Shown: positions 36,188-45,252 of the stretch, in pieces
Layout of the letters: each line of letters begins with the position of its first letter
Position numbering within the stretch: the stretch's first letter is position 1
Source of the DNA: Candidatus Sungiibacteriota bacterium
GTDB taxonomy: Bacteria > Patescibacteriota > Minisyncoccia > Sungbacterales > JACQCQ01
Direction: 5' to 3'
DNA: 64,000 nucleotides
NCBI GenBank assembly: GCA_016201505.1
Contig: JACQCQ010000013.1
Span: forward strand, 5,285-69,284
Notes under the pieces: model-generated
Database searches by the model: none
Seen by the model: the letters and a program-made list of their open reading frames with translations, nothing else
Told to the model about the DNA's origin: nothing
Position numbers and translations under genes: made by a program

Positions 36188-36620
36188 GAGAAGTAATGAG
36201 ATTGCTATCAGTATAAATTTTCCCACTAAGCCAATTATCTATAACGCGCTGGCTGTGCGGAAAAACTGGCACCGGAAGTTTATCGAGAGCGTACCAACGC
36301 CAATTTCTCGAATGCTCGGGCTCGGCGTCGTACGACTCGCCCGAGTGACATTCTGCCAAAAGCCCAATGGAAACATAATGTTTGTCATATAAAATATCAT
36401 TTCCAATCGAGACAACACCACAAAGCGTAATATCCTGGAGTCCGGTTTCTTCAAGCACCTCGCGTTTGGCCGCTTCTTCAAACGTCTCGCCAAATTCTAA
36501 ATGGCCGCCCGGAATTTCAAACGTGCCGGCTCCGTGATTCGAAAGACGTTCGCCCAATAAAATTTTATTGCCGCGCTTTACAATAATCCCAATCCCAACT
36601 TTTGGTCGGTCGCCCTCCAT
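36180..36620 (-). CDS. NUDIX hydrolase
   Basis: Nudix box GGHLEFGETFEEAAKREVLEETGL. ORF track extends to 36848, overlapping the upstream sigma gene; start placed at the internal MEGDRPKV. Confidence 0.75.
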   Translation of the reverse strand: MEGDRPKVGIGIIVKRGNKILLGERLSNHGAGTFEIPGGHLEFGETFEEAAKREVLEETGLQDITLCGVVSIGNDILYDKHYVSIGLLAECHSGESYDAEPEHSRNWRWYALDKLPVPVFPHSQRVIDNWLSGKIYTDSNLITSHV

Positions 36621-36712
36621 AGGTGAGATTATTGTAATCCCCTGCCGCAAACTGTCGAGACTGGAATATGTGCGATAAAAAATGACGCGCCCCGATTCGA
36701 TAGCGGTGCGCG

Positions 36713-37306
36713 TCAACGGGCGGTGAGCCTCCTTAAAAGACGAGCCACATGCATGCGACCGCGAAACAGCCGCGACTTTACAGTGCCTACCGGGATCTTG
36801 AGCCCTCGGGCGATTTCTTCGAGCCCGAGATCGTCCCAATACCGGCATTGCATAACGGACTCGTACTCGCGCGGGAGAAGTGCGAGTATCTTCTCGCCCA
36901 GCTGTCTTAACTCGACTGATTTATCTTCAGGTTCTCTGCCGCCGATTAAGTCCTCCAGCCGCCCATCTTCATACGGCACTTGGCGGGCAGCTTTTTCGAC
37001 ATGCGTGAGCGCAGAATTTCTTACGACCATCCAAGCCCAGTTGAGAAATGAGCTGCCGGGATAGCTATGGAAGCGATGATGAAAAGTCATCATCCGCACG
37101 AAGGCATCCTGCAGTACATCTTCGGCATTCTGATACCCAGCGATGCGGGCAGCCAGACCGAGGAATTTCCCATGATGCCGCACCACAAGCTCCGCGAAAC
37201 ATTCCCGCTCCTTCTCCGACCGAAAGAACAAATCCTCATCCGAGACCCCGAGAAACTGATTCTCAAGGCCGTTTGTTCCAGCCGAGTTCAGTTTCACTAT
37301 GAGCAC
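36713..37306 (-). CDS. ECF-type RNA polymerase sigma factor (sigma-70 regions 2 and 4)
   Basis: DVLQDAFVRMMTFHHRF...FLNWAWMVVRN (region 2) and LGLEEIARGLKIPVGTVKSRLFRGR (region 4). Confidence 0.75.
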   Translation of the reverse strand: MLIVKLNSAGTNGLENQFLGVSDEDLFFRSEKERECFAELVVRHHGKFLGLAARIAGYQNAEDVLQDAFVRMMTFHHRFHSYPGSSFLNWAWMVVRNSALTHVEKAARQVPYEDGRLEDLIGGREPEDKSVELRQLGEKILALLPREYESVMQCRYWDDLGLEEIARGLKIPVGTVKSRLFRGRMHVARLLRRLTAR

Positions 37307-37385
37307 TCCTCGTCTTCAGATTATCGGCATACTAGCGGGCAGAGCCACCGAAGTCAACAAATCTAGGCTGATACAACACTCACCC

Positions 37386-37421
37386 AAACATTCTCATGTT
37401 CTTAAGAACATGAGAATGTTT
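37386..37421. promoter_or_regulatory. 36-bp perfect palindrome aaacattctcatgttcttaagaacatgagaatgttt upstream of the ECF sigma gene; shares its core with the two palindromes flanking the ArsR gene
   Basis: Seen directly. Core gttcttaagaac recurs at 38138-38169 and 38437-38476. Confidence 0.55.
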
Positions 37422-37725
37422 GTTTAATTTCCTTGCGGGAAACCCCGTACGGAGTAAAGCGGAGTGCGGGGAGGACGTCATTTCTATAATATGAAAAGCA
37501 CGAATAAGTTCGATAGACTAGTCTATCGAACTTATAGGATTTTGCTTGCGCATACATTCCGCCAGAAAACGGATCGTGGGTGTACGATCATCGGGCGTTT
37601 CGGCCGTGTAATCGGCTCGGTTGAGGTGGTCTCTTGATAAAAAATGCCTAACACTAGTGGGGATTCTTTAACGGGCAAGCGAACCTATGATACCCGTTAA
37701 AAATATCGAGCCCCCTCCCGCCCAA

Positions 37726-37790
37726 AACGGAAGCGAGAGGATTCGAACCTCTGATACCATTTCTGGTATACCTGCTTTCTCCCGCGCATA
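37726..37790 (-). pseudogene. tRNA 3'-half-like fragment (anticodon-stem-like segment, T arm AGAGGTTCGAATCCTCT, acceptor 3' strand CGCTTCC, discriminator G) lacking a 5' acceptor strand and D arm
   Basis: Manual folding finds no partner for CGCTTCC. The fragment abuts the 3' end of tRNA-Ser. Confidence 0.35.
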
Positions 37791-37876
37791 GCGGAAAGGG
37801 AGGGATTCGAACCCTCGGTGTCATTTCTGGCACACAGTCTTTCCAGGACTGCCGTTTAAACCACTCACGCACCTTT
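37790..37876 (-). tRNA. tRNA-Ser (anticodon GGA), class II with a long variable arm
   Basis: Acceptor GGAAAGG/CCTTTCC, anticodon stem-loop CAGTC-CTGGAAA-GACTG, long variable arm, T arm GAGGGTTCGAATCCCTC, discriminator G. Confidence 0.75.
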
Positions 37877-38137
37877 CCGCTATAAGCGGGATTGCGATTT
37901 GTTCCTCAAAATTCTACGCGGACTTGAATTTTTAGACAAATCGGGAACAAGCTTTCGCACTAGATTTATCCGCCTAATTTTAGCAAACAAATCAGGCGGG
38001 CCACGTCGCCTGCCCCGTAGCCAGCGCGAAGCATTGTGGTACTGGGGCGACCCCCTCCGTCAAACTATGAAGAATAAAGCTACCGTAACCTAACCCCAAG
38101 CTCAAGCAAAGATCTACTCAACTTTAAATAAAAACGT

Positions 38138-38169
38138 TTATTCTAATGTTCTTAAGAACTTGAGAATAA
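38138..38169. promoter_or_regulatory. Imperfect palindrome ttattctaatgttcttaagaacttgagaataa at the 3' side of the ArsR gene
   Basis: Two mismatches relative to perfect symmetry; same core as 37386-37421. Confidence 0.45.
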
Positions 38170-38422
38170 GCTTCCCGCGAGAGGTGAGAGTATGCTCCAC
38201 GGCCGCTCCCCTATTTCGTTTAGAAACAAGACCGGCGATTGCGAGCCGCCTTAAATGGTCGGACACTGTTTTAAAGTTAATCCCAAGGTTCTCGGAAGTC
38301 TGCTGCAGAGTTAACCCGGGCACTCTTTCAAGCAAGGCCATAATCTCAATTCTCCTGTGATTAGAATATCCCTTTGTAATTGTTTCCAATTCTTTAAACA
38401 TCTTCATATGTTTATAACCCAA
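38138..38422 (-). CDS. ArsR/SmtB-family HTH transcriptional regulator
   Basis: HRRIEIMALLERVPGLTLQQTSENLGINFKTVSDHLRRLAIAGLV. Confidence 0.8.
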   Translation of the reverse strand: MGYKHMKMFKELETITKGYSNHRRIEIMALLERVPGLTLQQTSENLGINFKTVSDHLRRLAIAGLVSKRNRGAAVEHTLTSRGKLILKFLRTLE

Positions 38423-38436
38423 GTTTAGTGCACAAA

Positions 38437-38476
38437 GACTTTATTCTCAAGTTCTTAAGAACTTGAGAATAAAGTC
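38437..38476. promoter_or_regulatory. 40-bp perfect palindrome gactttattctcaagttcttaagaacttgagaataaagtc immediately upstream of the ArsR gene; probable autoregulatory operator
   Basis: Seen directly, 15 bp upstream of the ArsR start codon. Confidence 0.6.
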
Positions 38477-38593
38477 TTACATAAAACCCCGAAGTAATGA
38501 ACGAGTAATGAACGAATGGACGGCGGTATTGATTTTCAGTCAAACCCGCTCTACCCCTCACCTTGCGCTAAGGCCGCGATTCTATCCTCCACC

Positions 38594-38813
38594 GGCGGGT
38601 GGGTCACACCCTTCCATTTGGAAAAAACAAGGTCGGGTGCGAGACGTGGTAGTTCCAGCTATTTTACTATCTGCCCTCAAGCGCTTTAATTCGGTCTTCT
38701 ACTGGCGGGTGGGTCACACCCTTCCATTTGGAAAAAACAAGGTCGGGTGCGAGACGTGGTAGTTCCAGCTATTTTACTATCTGCCCTCAAGCGCTTTAAT
38801 TCGGTCTTCTACT
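38594..38813. repeat. Exact 110-bp tandem duplication (2 copies) of the htpX 3' end plus downstream sequence, followed by a diverged native copy
   Basis: Unit ggcgggtgggtcacaccc...cgctttaattcggtcttctact occurs twice. Copy 2 supplies the last ~12 htpX codons and the stop at 38777. Confidence 0.8.
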
Positions 38814-39715
38814 GGTGGATGGGTCATAAACAATTTTACAATCCAGGCGGTTTTGCGCGGGACATGCGAATCGGCTTTGAATGGATTCTCAAAGAAAAGA
38901 TGGGCGGTGGCGTTTGTCGCAGTAGACAAGGGCCGCGGATCGGCGGAGATTTTTTTGAGCGCGGAGATCAGCCCCTCGGGGTATCGAGTCAATAAAGCGC
39001 CGGATGAGTCGGCTAAGAACTCGCGGCGGCGCGAAATGGCGAGTTGCAAAAGCATTGCAATAATCGGCGCCAGGACCGAAAGAATAATGCCAATCAAAAC
39101 CAACGCTCCTCCGCCCTCGCGTTCATCGCTCCGCCGGCTGGCGGACGCAAACCACATCGATCGCAAAAAGATATCGGAAACGATTGAGATAAAACCAACA
39201 AGCACTACTGCGACAGTTGAGACAAGCATGTCGCGGTTGCCTATATGCATCAGCTCATGCGCCAAAACACCCTCCATTTCTGACCTGTCCAGCCGTTCCA
39301 TGATGCCGGTGGTGATACATACGACGGCATGCTTGGGATTTCGACCCGTCGAGAAAGCATTCGGCGCTGGATCATTTATGATATAGAACTTCGGCATGGG
39401 CAGGCCAGCGGCAATGGTCAAGTTTTCTAAGATGCGATAGAGCTCGGGATTGGATTGCATGTTGACGGGTTTGGCGCGGTGCAAGGCCAGCACGATTTTA
39501 TCGGAGAACCAATAGCTGGTGATACTCATCAGAACCGAGAATATGACCGCAACATACAGAATCGAGGGGTTTTGATAAATTTGGGTGAAGATAAACCCGA
39601 TGCCGATGACGATACCGAAAAAAGCCGTCATTAAAAGCCAGGTGCGCCAGATATTTTTTGAGGTTTCGGTGTAGAGGGTCGCCATAGCGGTAAACGCGAG
39701 AACAGTATGAATCAA
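38777..39715 (-). CDS. htpX: M48-family zinc metalloprotease HtpX
   Basis: HELMHIGNRD (HExxH), multiple TM helices, 312 aa. Confidence 0.85.
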   Translation of the reverse strand: MIHTVLAFTAMATLYTETSKNIWRTWLLMTAFFGIVIGIGFIFTQIYQNPSILYVAVIFSVLMSITSYWFSDKIVLALHRAKPVNMQSNPELYRILENLTIAAGLPMPKFYIINDPAPNAFSTGRNPKHAVVCITTGIMERLDRSEMEGVLAHELMHIGNRDMLVSTVAVVLVGFISIVSDIFLRSMWFASASRRSDEREGGGALVLIGIILSVLAPIIAMLLQLAISRRREFLADSSGALLTRYPEGLISALKKISADPRPLSTATNATAHLFFENPFKADSHVPRKTAWIVKLFMTHPPVEDRIKALEGR

Positions 39716-39760
39716 AATTCGCCTTTTTTCAAGCCGGCGCGGCCCGAGGATTGTGCGAGC

Positions 39761-40858
39761 TTATTCTACAGTCATCGGCAGTTGGATCAGATCCGTCACC
39801 GAGCCGGTTCTCGGCGTATACTGGAAGAGCCGCAGCTGAAGTCTTGTCGGAGCCGATGTCGGAATATGAATTTGCGTCTCAAAGGTGCCGAAGCGCTCAC
39901 CAGCACTAGCGGATACGGGAATATTTTTTGAAATAATTTTTGTGCCCTGGTCGGTTACCACGGCAAGCTGAATCGTGCCGTCATAGCTTGCCGCGGTCCC
40001 GCGCAAAATAAAATCCTCGTCCACCGGGACATGCAAAGGAATTTTCGGTGTCAGCAATAATATTCTGGCCGAGCCATTCCGCAGCATAAACGTCACAAGG
40101 ACATCATCGACCGCGCGGATGCAGTTAGTCAGATCTCCACCGGCCAAAGGATTTTTATACTGCGAGACGAAGTCAAATGATGCCCGTTCCAGTTCGCCTC
40201 TGGCGCCATACTTTTCTGCGGCGTCTTCCAGCGTCATCACCCGCAGGACATGCTTGCCATTTATGGTATAGCGGATATCCGCAAAAATATTTCCGCCGAT
40301 GCGGCGCTCGGTCGTGCTTTTGACCCAACTTTGATCAACCCGCGGCGGATTGCCCGAGACATCGAGCGTACACGCTCCTATATCACGCAATTGTAAAACT
40401 TGAGCACCATTCGGTGACCAACGGGCCGGATTATACTGTAGCGAAAAATAATTCCGGCCGATAGTATCTTGCGCTCCCGAAATATTGCCCTGGTCGGCAA
40501 ACGTGAGACTTACCGTAATCAGCGAAGGAATAACCACATTGTTTTTAACACTGCGAATGCCGGCCGCCGATATCGGCATGCCAACTTTAATATCCGAATA
40601 AAATAAGTCCTCGCCGAGTTCGTCGGTAATGGTGGAAGCGTCATTTAAAGATAAAAAAATCTCTGTCCCGTCTGGCTTATGCACTACGACTACCTTGCCC
40701 GAGGGCAAGGTAGTCGAGACCACGCCCCGGATGGTTTCTTGGTCATTTTGATTCTGGCTTTGGCCTATTTTTTGGCTAAAAAACTTATCAAAACCAAAAA
40801 CACCCCCGATAAAGATGAGGACCAGTACAGCTATAAAACCGAGCCTTTTCCCGCTCAT
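39761..40858 (-). CDS. Hypothetical membrane-anchored extracytoplasmic protein
   Basis: N-terminal TM helix (LGFIAVLVLIFIGGVFGF). Confidence 0.5.
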   Translation of the reverse strand: MSGKRLGFIAVLVLIFIGGVFGFDKFFSQKIGQSQNQNDQETIRGVVSTTLPSGKVVVVHKPDGTEIFLSLNDASTITDELGEDLFYSDIKVGMPISAAGIRSVKNNVVIPSLITVSLTFADQGNISGAQDTIGRNYFSLQYNPARWSPNGAQVLQLRDIGACTLDVSGNPPRVDQSWVKSTTERRIGGNIFADIRYTINGKHVLRVMTLEDAAEKYGARGELERASFDFVSQYKNPLAGGDLTNCIRAVDDVLVTFMLRNGSARILLLTPKIPLHVPVDEDFILRGTAASYDGTIQLAVVTDQGTKIISKNIPVSASAGERFGTFETQIHIPTSAPTRLQLRLFQYTPRTGSVTDLIQLPMTVE

Positions 40859-40943
40859 TGCGCTTTATACTAATAGATATATATAAAAACAAAAGGGGTG
40901 AGCCAGATTACTCGTCATGAGAATCCGTCAAGCCATCCCCGGT

Positions 40944-41510
40944 TTATTTGGTAAAGGCGAATGAAGAGAGCATCAGGAAATATACGCGCTTATAATCCGC
41001 GACTGTTGGCTCTATGTAATCAATCGAGACTAAACGGCCAGCTTGGGCGAGCATCGTAAATATCGCATACGAATCTTTGCCGCCCGAAACATCTGCATTT
41101 AAATAACCTGCGATTTGGATACCCGCGAGGCCGCCAATTCGAACCGCAGTTTTTGAGGAGCTGGAGAAACTGGAACCAATCGCGTCGGTGGCTTCTTTAT
41201 AGGGTTCGGCTCCCGTCAAATCGACAGAAATAGGCGCCTGATCCGAGTTCTTCCCATCCGGCGGCAGGAACACATTGACCCCGTCTTGGGTCACGGCGTG
41301 GCTCCAATCGCCGGGGTAGCGAATTAAAAACTGATACTGGCTCGACGTATAGGTTTTCCAATCAGCCGGAATTTGCATCGTTTGATTTGATTCCGATGAC
41401 AAAGACTTCTGGCTGGCAATATCGACGGAAATTTGCGAGGCCGGTTGCAACAGGAAATACCCTCCGACCGCAATAATGGCTAAACACAAAACAGTAATTA
41501 TCCGTTTCAT
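40944..41510 (-). CDS. Hypothetical membrane-anchored extracytoplasmic protein
   Basis: N-terminal TM helix (IITVLCLAIIAVGGYFLL). Confidence 0.5.
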   Translation of the reverse strand: MKRIITVLCLAIIAVGGYFLLQPASQISVDIASQKSLSSESNQTMQIPADWKTYTSSQYQFLIRYPGDWSHAVTQDGVNVFLPPDGKNSDQAPISVDLTGAEPYKEATDAIGSSFSSSSKTAVRIGGLAGIQIAGYLNADVSGGKDSYAIFTMLAQAGRLVSIDYIEPTVADYKRVYFLMLSSFAFTK

Positions 41511-41604
41511 CCCGTTAGAGAATTAATTTGTGTAACTTTTACCAGACTGCGAAGCATATTCTATATACTATTCTCTTTGTCTTTTTGAGATGCAGTTTAA
41601 TTCT

Positions 41605-42465
41605 CTAACGGGATCGGACAAACAGTGAATGCAATATTTCGATATTTTTCTTGTCCGGCCCCGTACCGTCAAACCCGGGAACTTCTAAAATCCAAGCGGC
41701 ATCCGCGAATAGCTTCTCGCGGGCCAAGACTTTAAAACCCTCGAGTCCGATATGGCCCTGGCCGATATTCTCATGCCGGTCGTGGCGCGAATTAAAAGCG
41801 GTTTTTGAATCATTGATATGCATGGCAACCAGCGCGTCCATGCCAAAGGCTTGATCGAGCCGTTTTGCCATTCCTTTGGTTCTTTTGGCATCATACTCCT
41901 CGATGATTCCCGACTCAAAGGCGTGCGCCGTATCCCAACAGACCTTAAGCCGACTGGATTTCACGCGAGATAAAATCTCGCCAATCTCCTCGGGATTTCC
42001 ACCGATCTTCTGTCCCCCGCCGGCAGAGTTTTCAATCACCAACTGTGCGAGACCGGGCACATGTAAAAGAATGCGCTGGATGGATTCGACGACAATGGCG
42101 AGGGCTTTGTCTTTGGGCATTTCTTTGCCGGACCCGATATGAAAAATTAATCCCTCCGCGCCGATGGCTGAAGCAATTTTTAAATGGTCGGCTAAGTTTA
42201 CTTCCGATTTTTGCCGACTCGATGAATCAGGTGAACACAAATTAACCAGATAGGCCGCGTGCAAATAGACCGGGCCGATACCGGCCGCCTCGCGGGCTTT
42301 TTTAAAATCTTCAATGTCACGCGCCTCGTGTCCACGGACTGCCCATTGCTTAGGCGAGGCGCCGAAAATCTGAATGCATTCGGCGCCAATCGATTGTGCC
42401 CGCTCTATCCCGTTTGATAATTTCCCCGCAACCGAGACATGTGCTCCTAGTTTTGGCCGTTTCAT
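41605..42465 (-). CDS. nfo: Endonuclease IV (AP endonuclease family 2)
   Basis: MKRPKLGAHVSVAG...GAECIQIF, HAAYLVNL, CWDTAHAF, HINDSK, all consistent with Nfo metal ligands. Confidence 0.85.
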   Translation of the reverse strand: MKRPKLGAHVSVAGKLSNGIERAQSIGAECIQIFGASPKQWAVRGHEARDIEDFKKAREAAGIGPVYLHAAYLVNLCSPDSSSRQKSEVNLADHLKIASAIGAEGLIFHIGSGKEMPKDKALAIVVESIQRILLHVPGLAQLVIENSAGGGQKIGGNPEEIGEILSRVKSSRLKVCWDTAHAFESGIIEEYDAKRTKGMAKRLDQAFGMDALVAMHINDSKTAFNSRHDRHENIGQGHIGLEGFKVLAREKLFADAAWILEVPGFDGTGPDKKNIEILHSLFVRSR

Positions 42466-42506
42466 CCCTCGTAGCGTACCGCTTTGGGCCGAGAGCGGCT
42501 AGCGGC

Positions 42507-43064
42507 TTATAACTGCATCGCAATCAAAAAGAGTGTGACAACAAAAAGTGAACCCAGCCAGCCAAGCAGAATCATCCATGAAAGATGACGTTCGCGCGCC
42601 TCAACTTCGCGCATGTTGCGTCCGGCCAAAATAAAATAGGCATTATTTTTTGCCGAGGTAATGACGGAGGCAATCCGAACACCGCCTCTTGGCTCCCAGG
42701 TGATGCGATCTTCGCCGTAATTTTTTACATATTCAAATACCCCGTCGGGGGGTTTTGGCGTAGCGCCGTCTAAAATGGCTGACGCAGCAGCCACATTGCC
42801 GCCTGGGTTATAAATAATTAAAAACGGCTTAAGACTCTGCGAGACATCGACTACCGAGGCGGTATCGACAAGGCTCACGGGATCTGCTCCCGTCTCAATC
42901 GCCCGCGCGGCGTCTTCGGCCATTTGAATTTGCGGGTCATTCAAGGTCTGGCGATAGTTTTGCTGGACGGTAGCATAAATAGTAAGAAAAATACCAGAAA
43001 TAAGTGCAGCCAAAAGCCCCCAGCGGATTAAAAAGAGAATCAGTCTCATAGAATCTAGAACCAA
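42507..43064 (-). CDS. Hypothetical membrane protein (TM helices at both ends)
   Basis: ORF with terminal hydrophobic segments. Confidence 0.45.
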   Translation of the reverse strand: MVLDSMRLILFLIRWGLLAALISGIFLTIYATVQQNYRQTLNDPQIQMAEDAARAIETGADPVSLVDTASVVDVSQSLKPFLIIYNPGGNVAAASAILDGATPKPPDGVFEYVKNYGEDRITWEPRGGVRIASVITSAKNNAYFILAGRNMREVEARERHLSWMILLGWLGSLFVVTLFLIAMQL

Positions 43065-43087
43065 TAAGCTAAGACTTCAGTTGCTAG

Positions 43088-43714
43088 TTAAAGACCGCGC
43101 AGAAATATAGCCCGATCTTTTTTGAAAAGAGCGGCAGATATTTTATAGATCGAATAGGTAATGAAAAACGCGGATAACACGTCGATTGAATAATGCAGAT
43201 GGCCGAGCAAGACTACGACCCCGAAAACAAGAGAAAGCAGAATGAAGGTCCAGTGGAGCAAGGGCGTTTCCCAAAAAATTAAAGCCATTAAAAACGGCAG
43301 CCCGGTATGCCCCGAGAAAAAGAGATCACCCCCAAACGACACGCGGCTGATAAGACTGGAGGCGATTTCGGTGTGCGTGGGAAACGGGCCGATATGCGTC
43401 AAGGTTATGAAAATTGACCGAATCAGAATGAATAGGCTAATACTCTTTAGAGTAAAAGGAATTCTCTGCGGCCGGTGCAGACAAACAAGCCCGATAAAAA
43501 TCCAGAAAAGAAACGCGCCGTAAATAAAGACGCCATCGACATCGTAGACACGAATATTATCAAGCACGATATCCGTCACCGGGTTTGAGGCTTCTCTTGT
43601 CGCATATGTTCCGGCATAGAAGTTAATCACCAGCATCAAGAGCAACAGACAAAGCGAAAAAAACGCCGAAAGCAGAAAACTCTTGTCTCGTAAATAGGCT
43701 TGATAGCCTTTCAT
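43088..43714 (-). CDS. PAP2-superfamily integral membrane protein (SGH and HxxxD motifs)
   Basis: FFSGHTGLPF and HLHYSIDVL motifs; six TM helices. Confidence 0.55.
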   Translation of the reverse strand: MKGYQAYLRDKSFLLSAFFSLCLLLLMLVINFYAGTYATREASNPVTDIVLDNIRVYDVDGVFIYGAFLFWIFIGLVCLHRPQRIPFTLKSISLFILIRSIFITLTHIGPFPTHTEIASSLISRVSFGGDLFFSGHTGLPFLMALIFWETPLLHWTFILLSLVFGVVVLLGHLHYSIDVLSAFFITYSIYKISAALFKKDRAIFLRGL

Positions 43715-43829
43715 GTCTGGTCTAATTCTAACACAGGATAGAGCGGCCGCAGCAGGAGAAGGAAAGGAAGAACCAACTCGTCACGACACTTTGAAGCCTA
43801 AGAATCAGAGGAGACAAAGCCGCAGATAT

Positions 43830-44579
43830 TTAGCGAATATCTTTATAGCTTTGCGTAAATGGCCGCCTCAAAAACATTGTCCATAGATAATTCAAGGCGT
43901 AGCGCGCACCCATTGTCAATACGCCTTCGTGAGCCAGACGCCTGCCGGATGAATAAATCGAGAATCGCATATTGAATTTTACTTTGCCGACTTTATGAAG
44001 TCTGCGCGCAAGATCCGTATCCTCTCCATAAAAATAAAAGCGCGGATCAAACCCGCCGATTTTTGTAAGTGCTTCTCGGCACACGATAAAATTTCCTCCT
44101 TGGATCATCGAGCCGACGCGAAAGACGAATCGATTTAAAAGATACAGGATGTACCCAAGCCAGTAAAAGAATCTAACGAAAATATTATGCCAGAGAGAAA
44201 GATCATGATAGATATACGGCCCCGAGAGTGCGACGAGCCTTCTGTCATGCTCAAATTCTTTTAGCGCCATTTCAATCCAGCCAGGCCGCAGAATGGTATC
44301 AGCATCGATATTGGCAATGAGTTCCCCTAAAGATGCAGTAAATCCAGCCTGTCGCGCTCGCGCAAGACCCTTCCCTGGCTCATCGACGACCCTAACGCCA
44401 TGAAATGACCGTGCGATTTCTCCTGTCCGATCACGGCTCGCATTATTTACGACAATGACTTCAACCTTGACATCCACACTCTGCAGTTCCACGAGAACTG
44501 ACCGCAAACACTCACTAATATAATGTTCTTCATTATAGGCTGGAATGACAAAGCTGATTTTGGGTGACATATTACTCAA
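43830..44579 (-). CDS. Family 2 glycosyltransferase
   Basis: SFVIPAYNEE, NNASRDRT, IDADT. Confidence 0.75.
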   Translation of the reverse strand: MSNMSPKISFVIPAYNEEHYISECLRSVLVELQSVDVKVEVIVVNNASRDRTGEIARSFHGVRVVDEPGKGLARARQAGFTASLGELIANIDADTILRPGWIEMALKEFEHDRRLVALSGPYIYHDLSLWHNIFVRFFYWLGYILYLLNRFVFRVGSMIQGGNFIVCREALTKIGGFDPRFYFYGEDTDLARRLHKVGKVKFNMRFSIYSSGRRLAHEGVLTMGARYALNYLWTMFLRRPFTQSYKDIR

Positions 44580-45249
44580 CCCGTAGGATACGCATCAAAA
44601 ATATCTGGCGCAGTACCCCAAGGGGCGATACTGTCTGAAAGATATTCCGCATCATGCGAATATCACCGCGAAGGCCGGACCATAACCCGTATTTTTTATA
44701 TTTATAGGGGCTGGCCACATTCGGCCAGGAAACAATTTTAATCCGAAAGGATTTTTCTACAATAATCGTATTTAAAAAAACTTCCAGTCCAAATCCCGGC
44801 AAGGCCGAAATTTCATTAAGGTGATCTGTCAACATCTGCCGCGGCAGAACTCTTTCGCCTGAAATGTAGTCAAGTCCAATCAGCCGCCAAAGAAAAGGAG
44901 TATTGCCGCGCAGACTGATGCTGACATCGGCGGAATTTGACAGAATTGGCTCTATCAAATCAGTTATATTCTTCTCGGTTAGATTGAGTAAATCGGCATC
45001 AAGAAACAAAATGCATTCGCCGGAAGATGCTCTAACCCCCGTACATACCGCCACATTTTTGCCGCGGTTTAGCGGATGAACGATCAGATGAACATTTGCA
45101 AACTTAGCGGCAACATCCTTCGTGTCGTCTTGAGATCCATCATCAACAACAATTGTCTCGCTAATGAGCGGATGTCTTGAGGCAATCTCAAGAACCGAAC
45201 CGATTCGCTTGTCTTCGTTATAGGCCGGGATGACGCAAGAAATTTTCAT
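44572..45249 (-). CDS. Family 2 glycosyltransferase (polyprenyl-phosphate sugar transferase-like)
   Basis: SCVIPAYNED, VVDDGSQDDT, LDADL. Confidence 0.75.
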   Translation of the reverse strand: MKISCVIPAYNEDKRIGSVLEIASRHPLISETIVVDDGSQDDTKDVAAKFANVHLIVHPLNRGKNVAVCTGVRASSGECILFLDADLLNLTEKNITDLIEPILSNSADVSISLRGNTPFLWRLIGLDYISGERVLPRQMLTDHLNEISALPGFGLEVFLNTIIVEKSFRIKIVSWPNVASPYKYKKYGLWSGLRGDIRMMRNIFQTVSPLGVLRQIFLMRILRVE

Positions 45250-45252
45250 AGC

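Noticed and set aside
37654-37872. 72-aa minus-strand ORF
   Set aside because: It lies entirely across tRNA-Ser and the tRNA fragment, so it is not protein-coding.
38594-38813. Possible CRISPR array
   Set aside because: The region has only two identical 110-bp units with no interspersed unique spacers and no cas genes. It is a tandem duplication, not CRISPR. No other repeat-spacer structure was seen in the window.
38463-38995. Plus-strand ORFs 38463..38762 and 38747..38995 encoding repeated peptides
   Set aside because: They read across the 110-bp tandem duplication and antisense to the htpX 3' end. The repeated peptide is a consequence of the DNA repeat.
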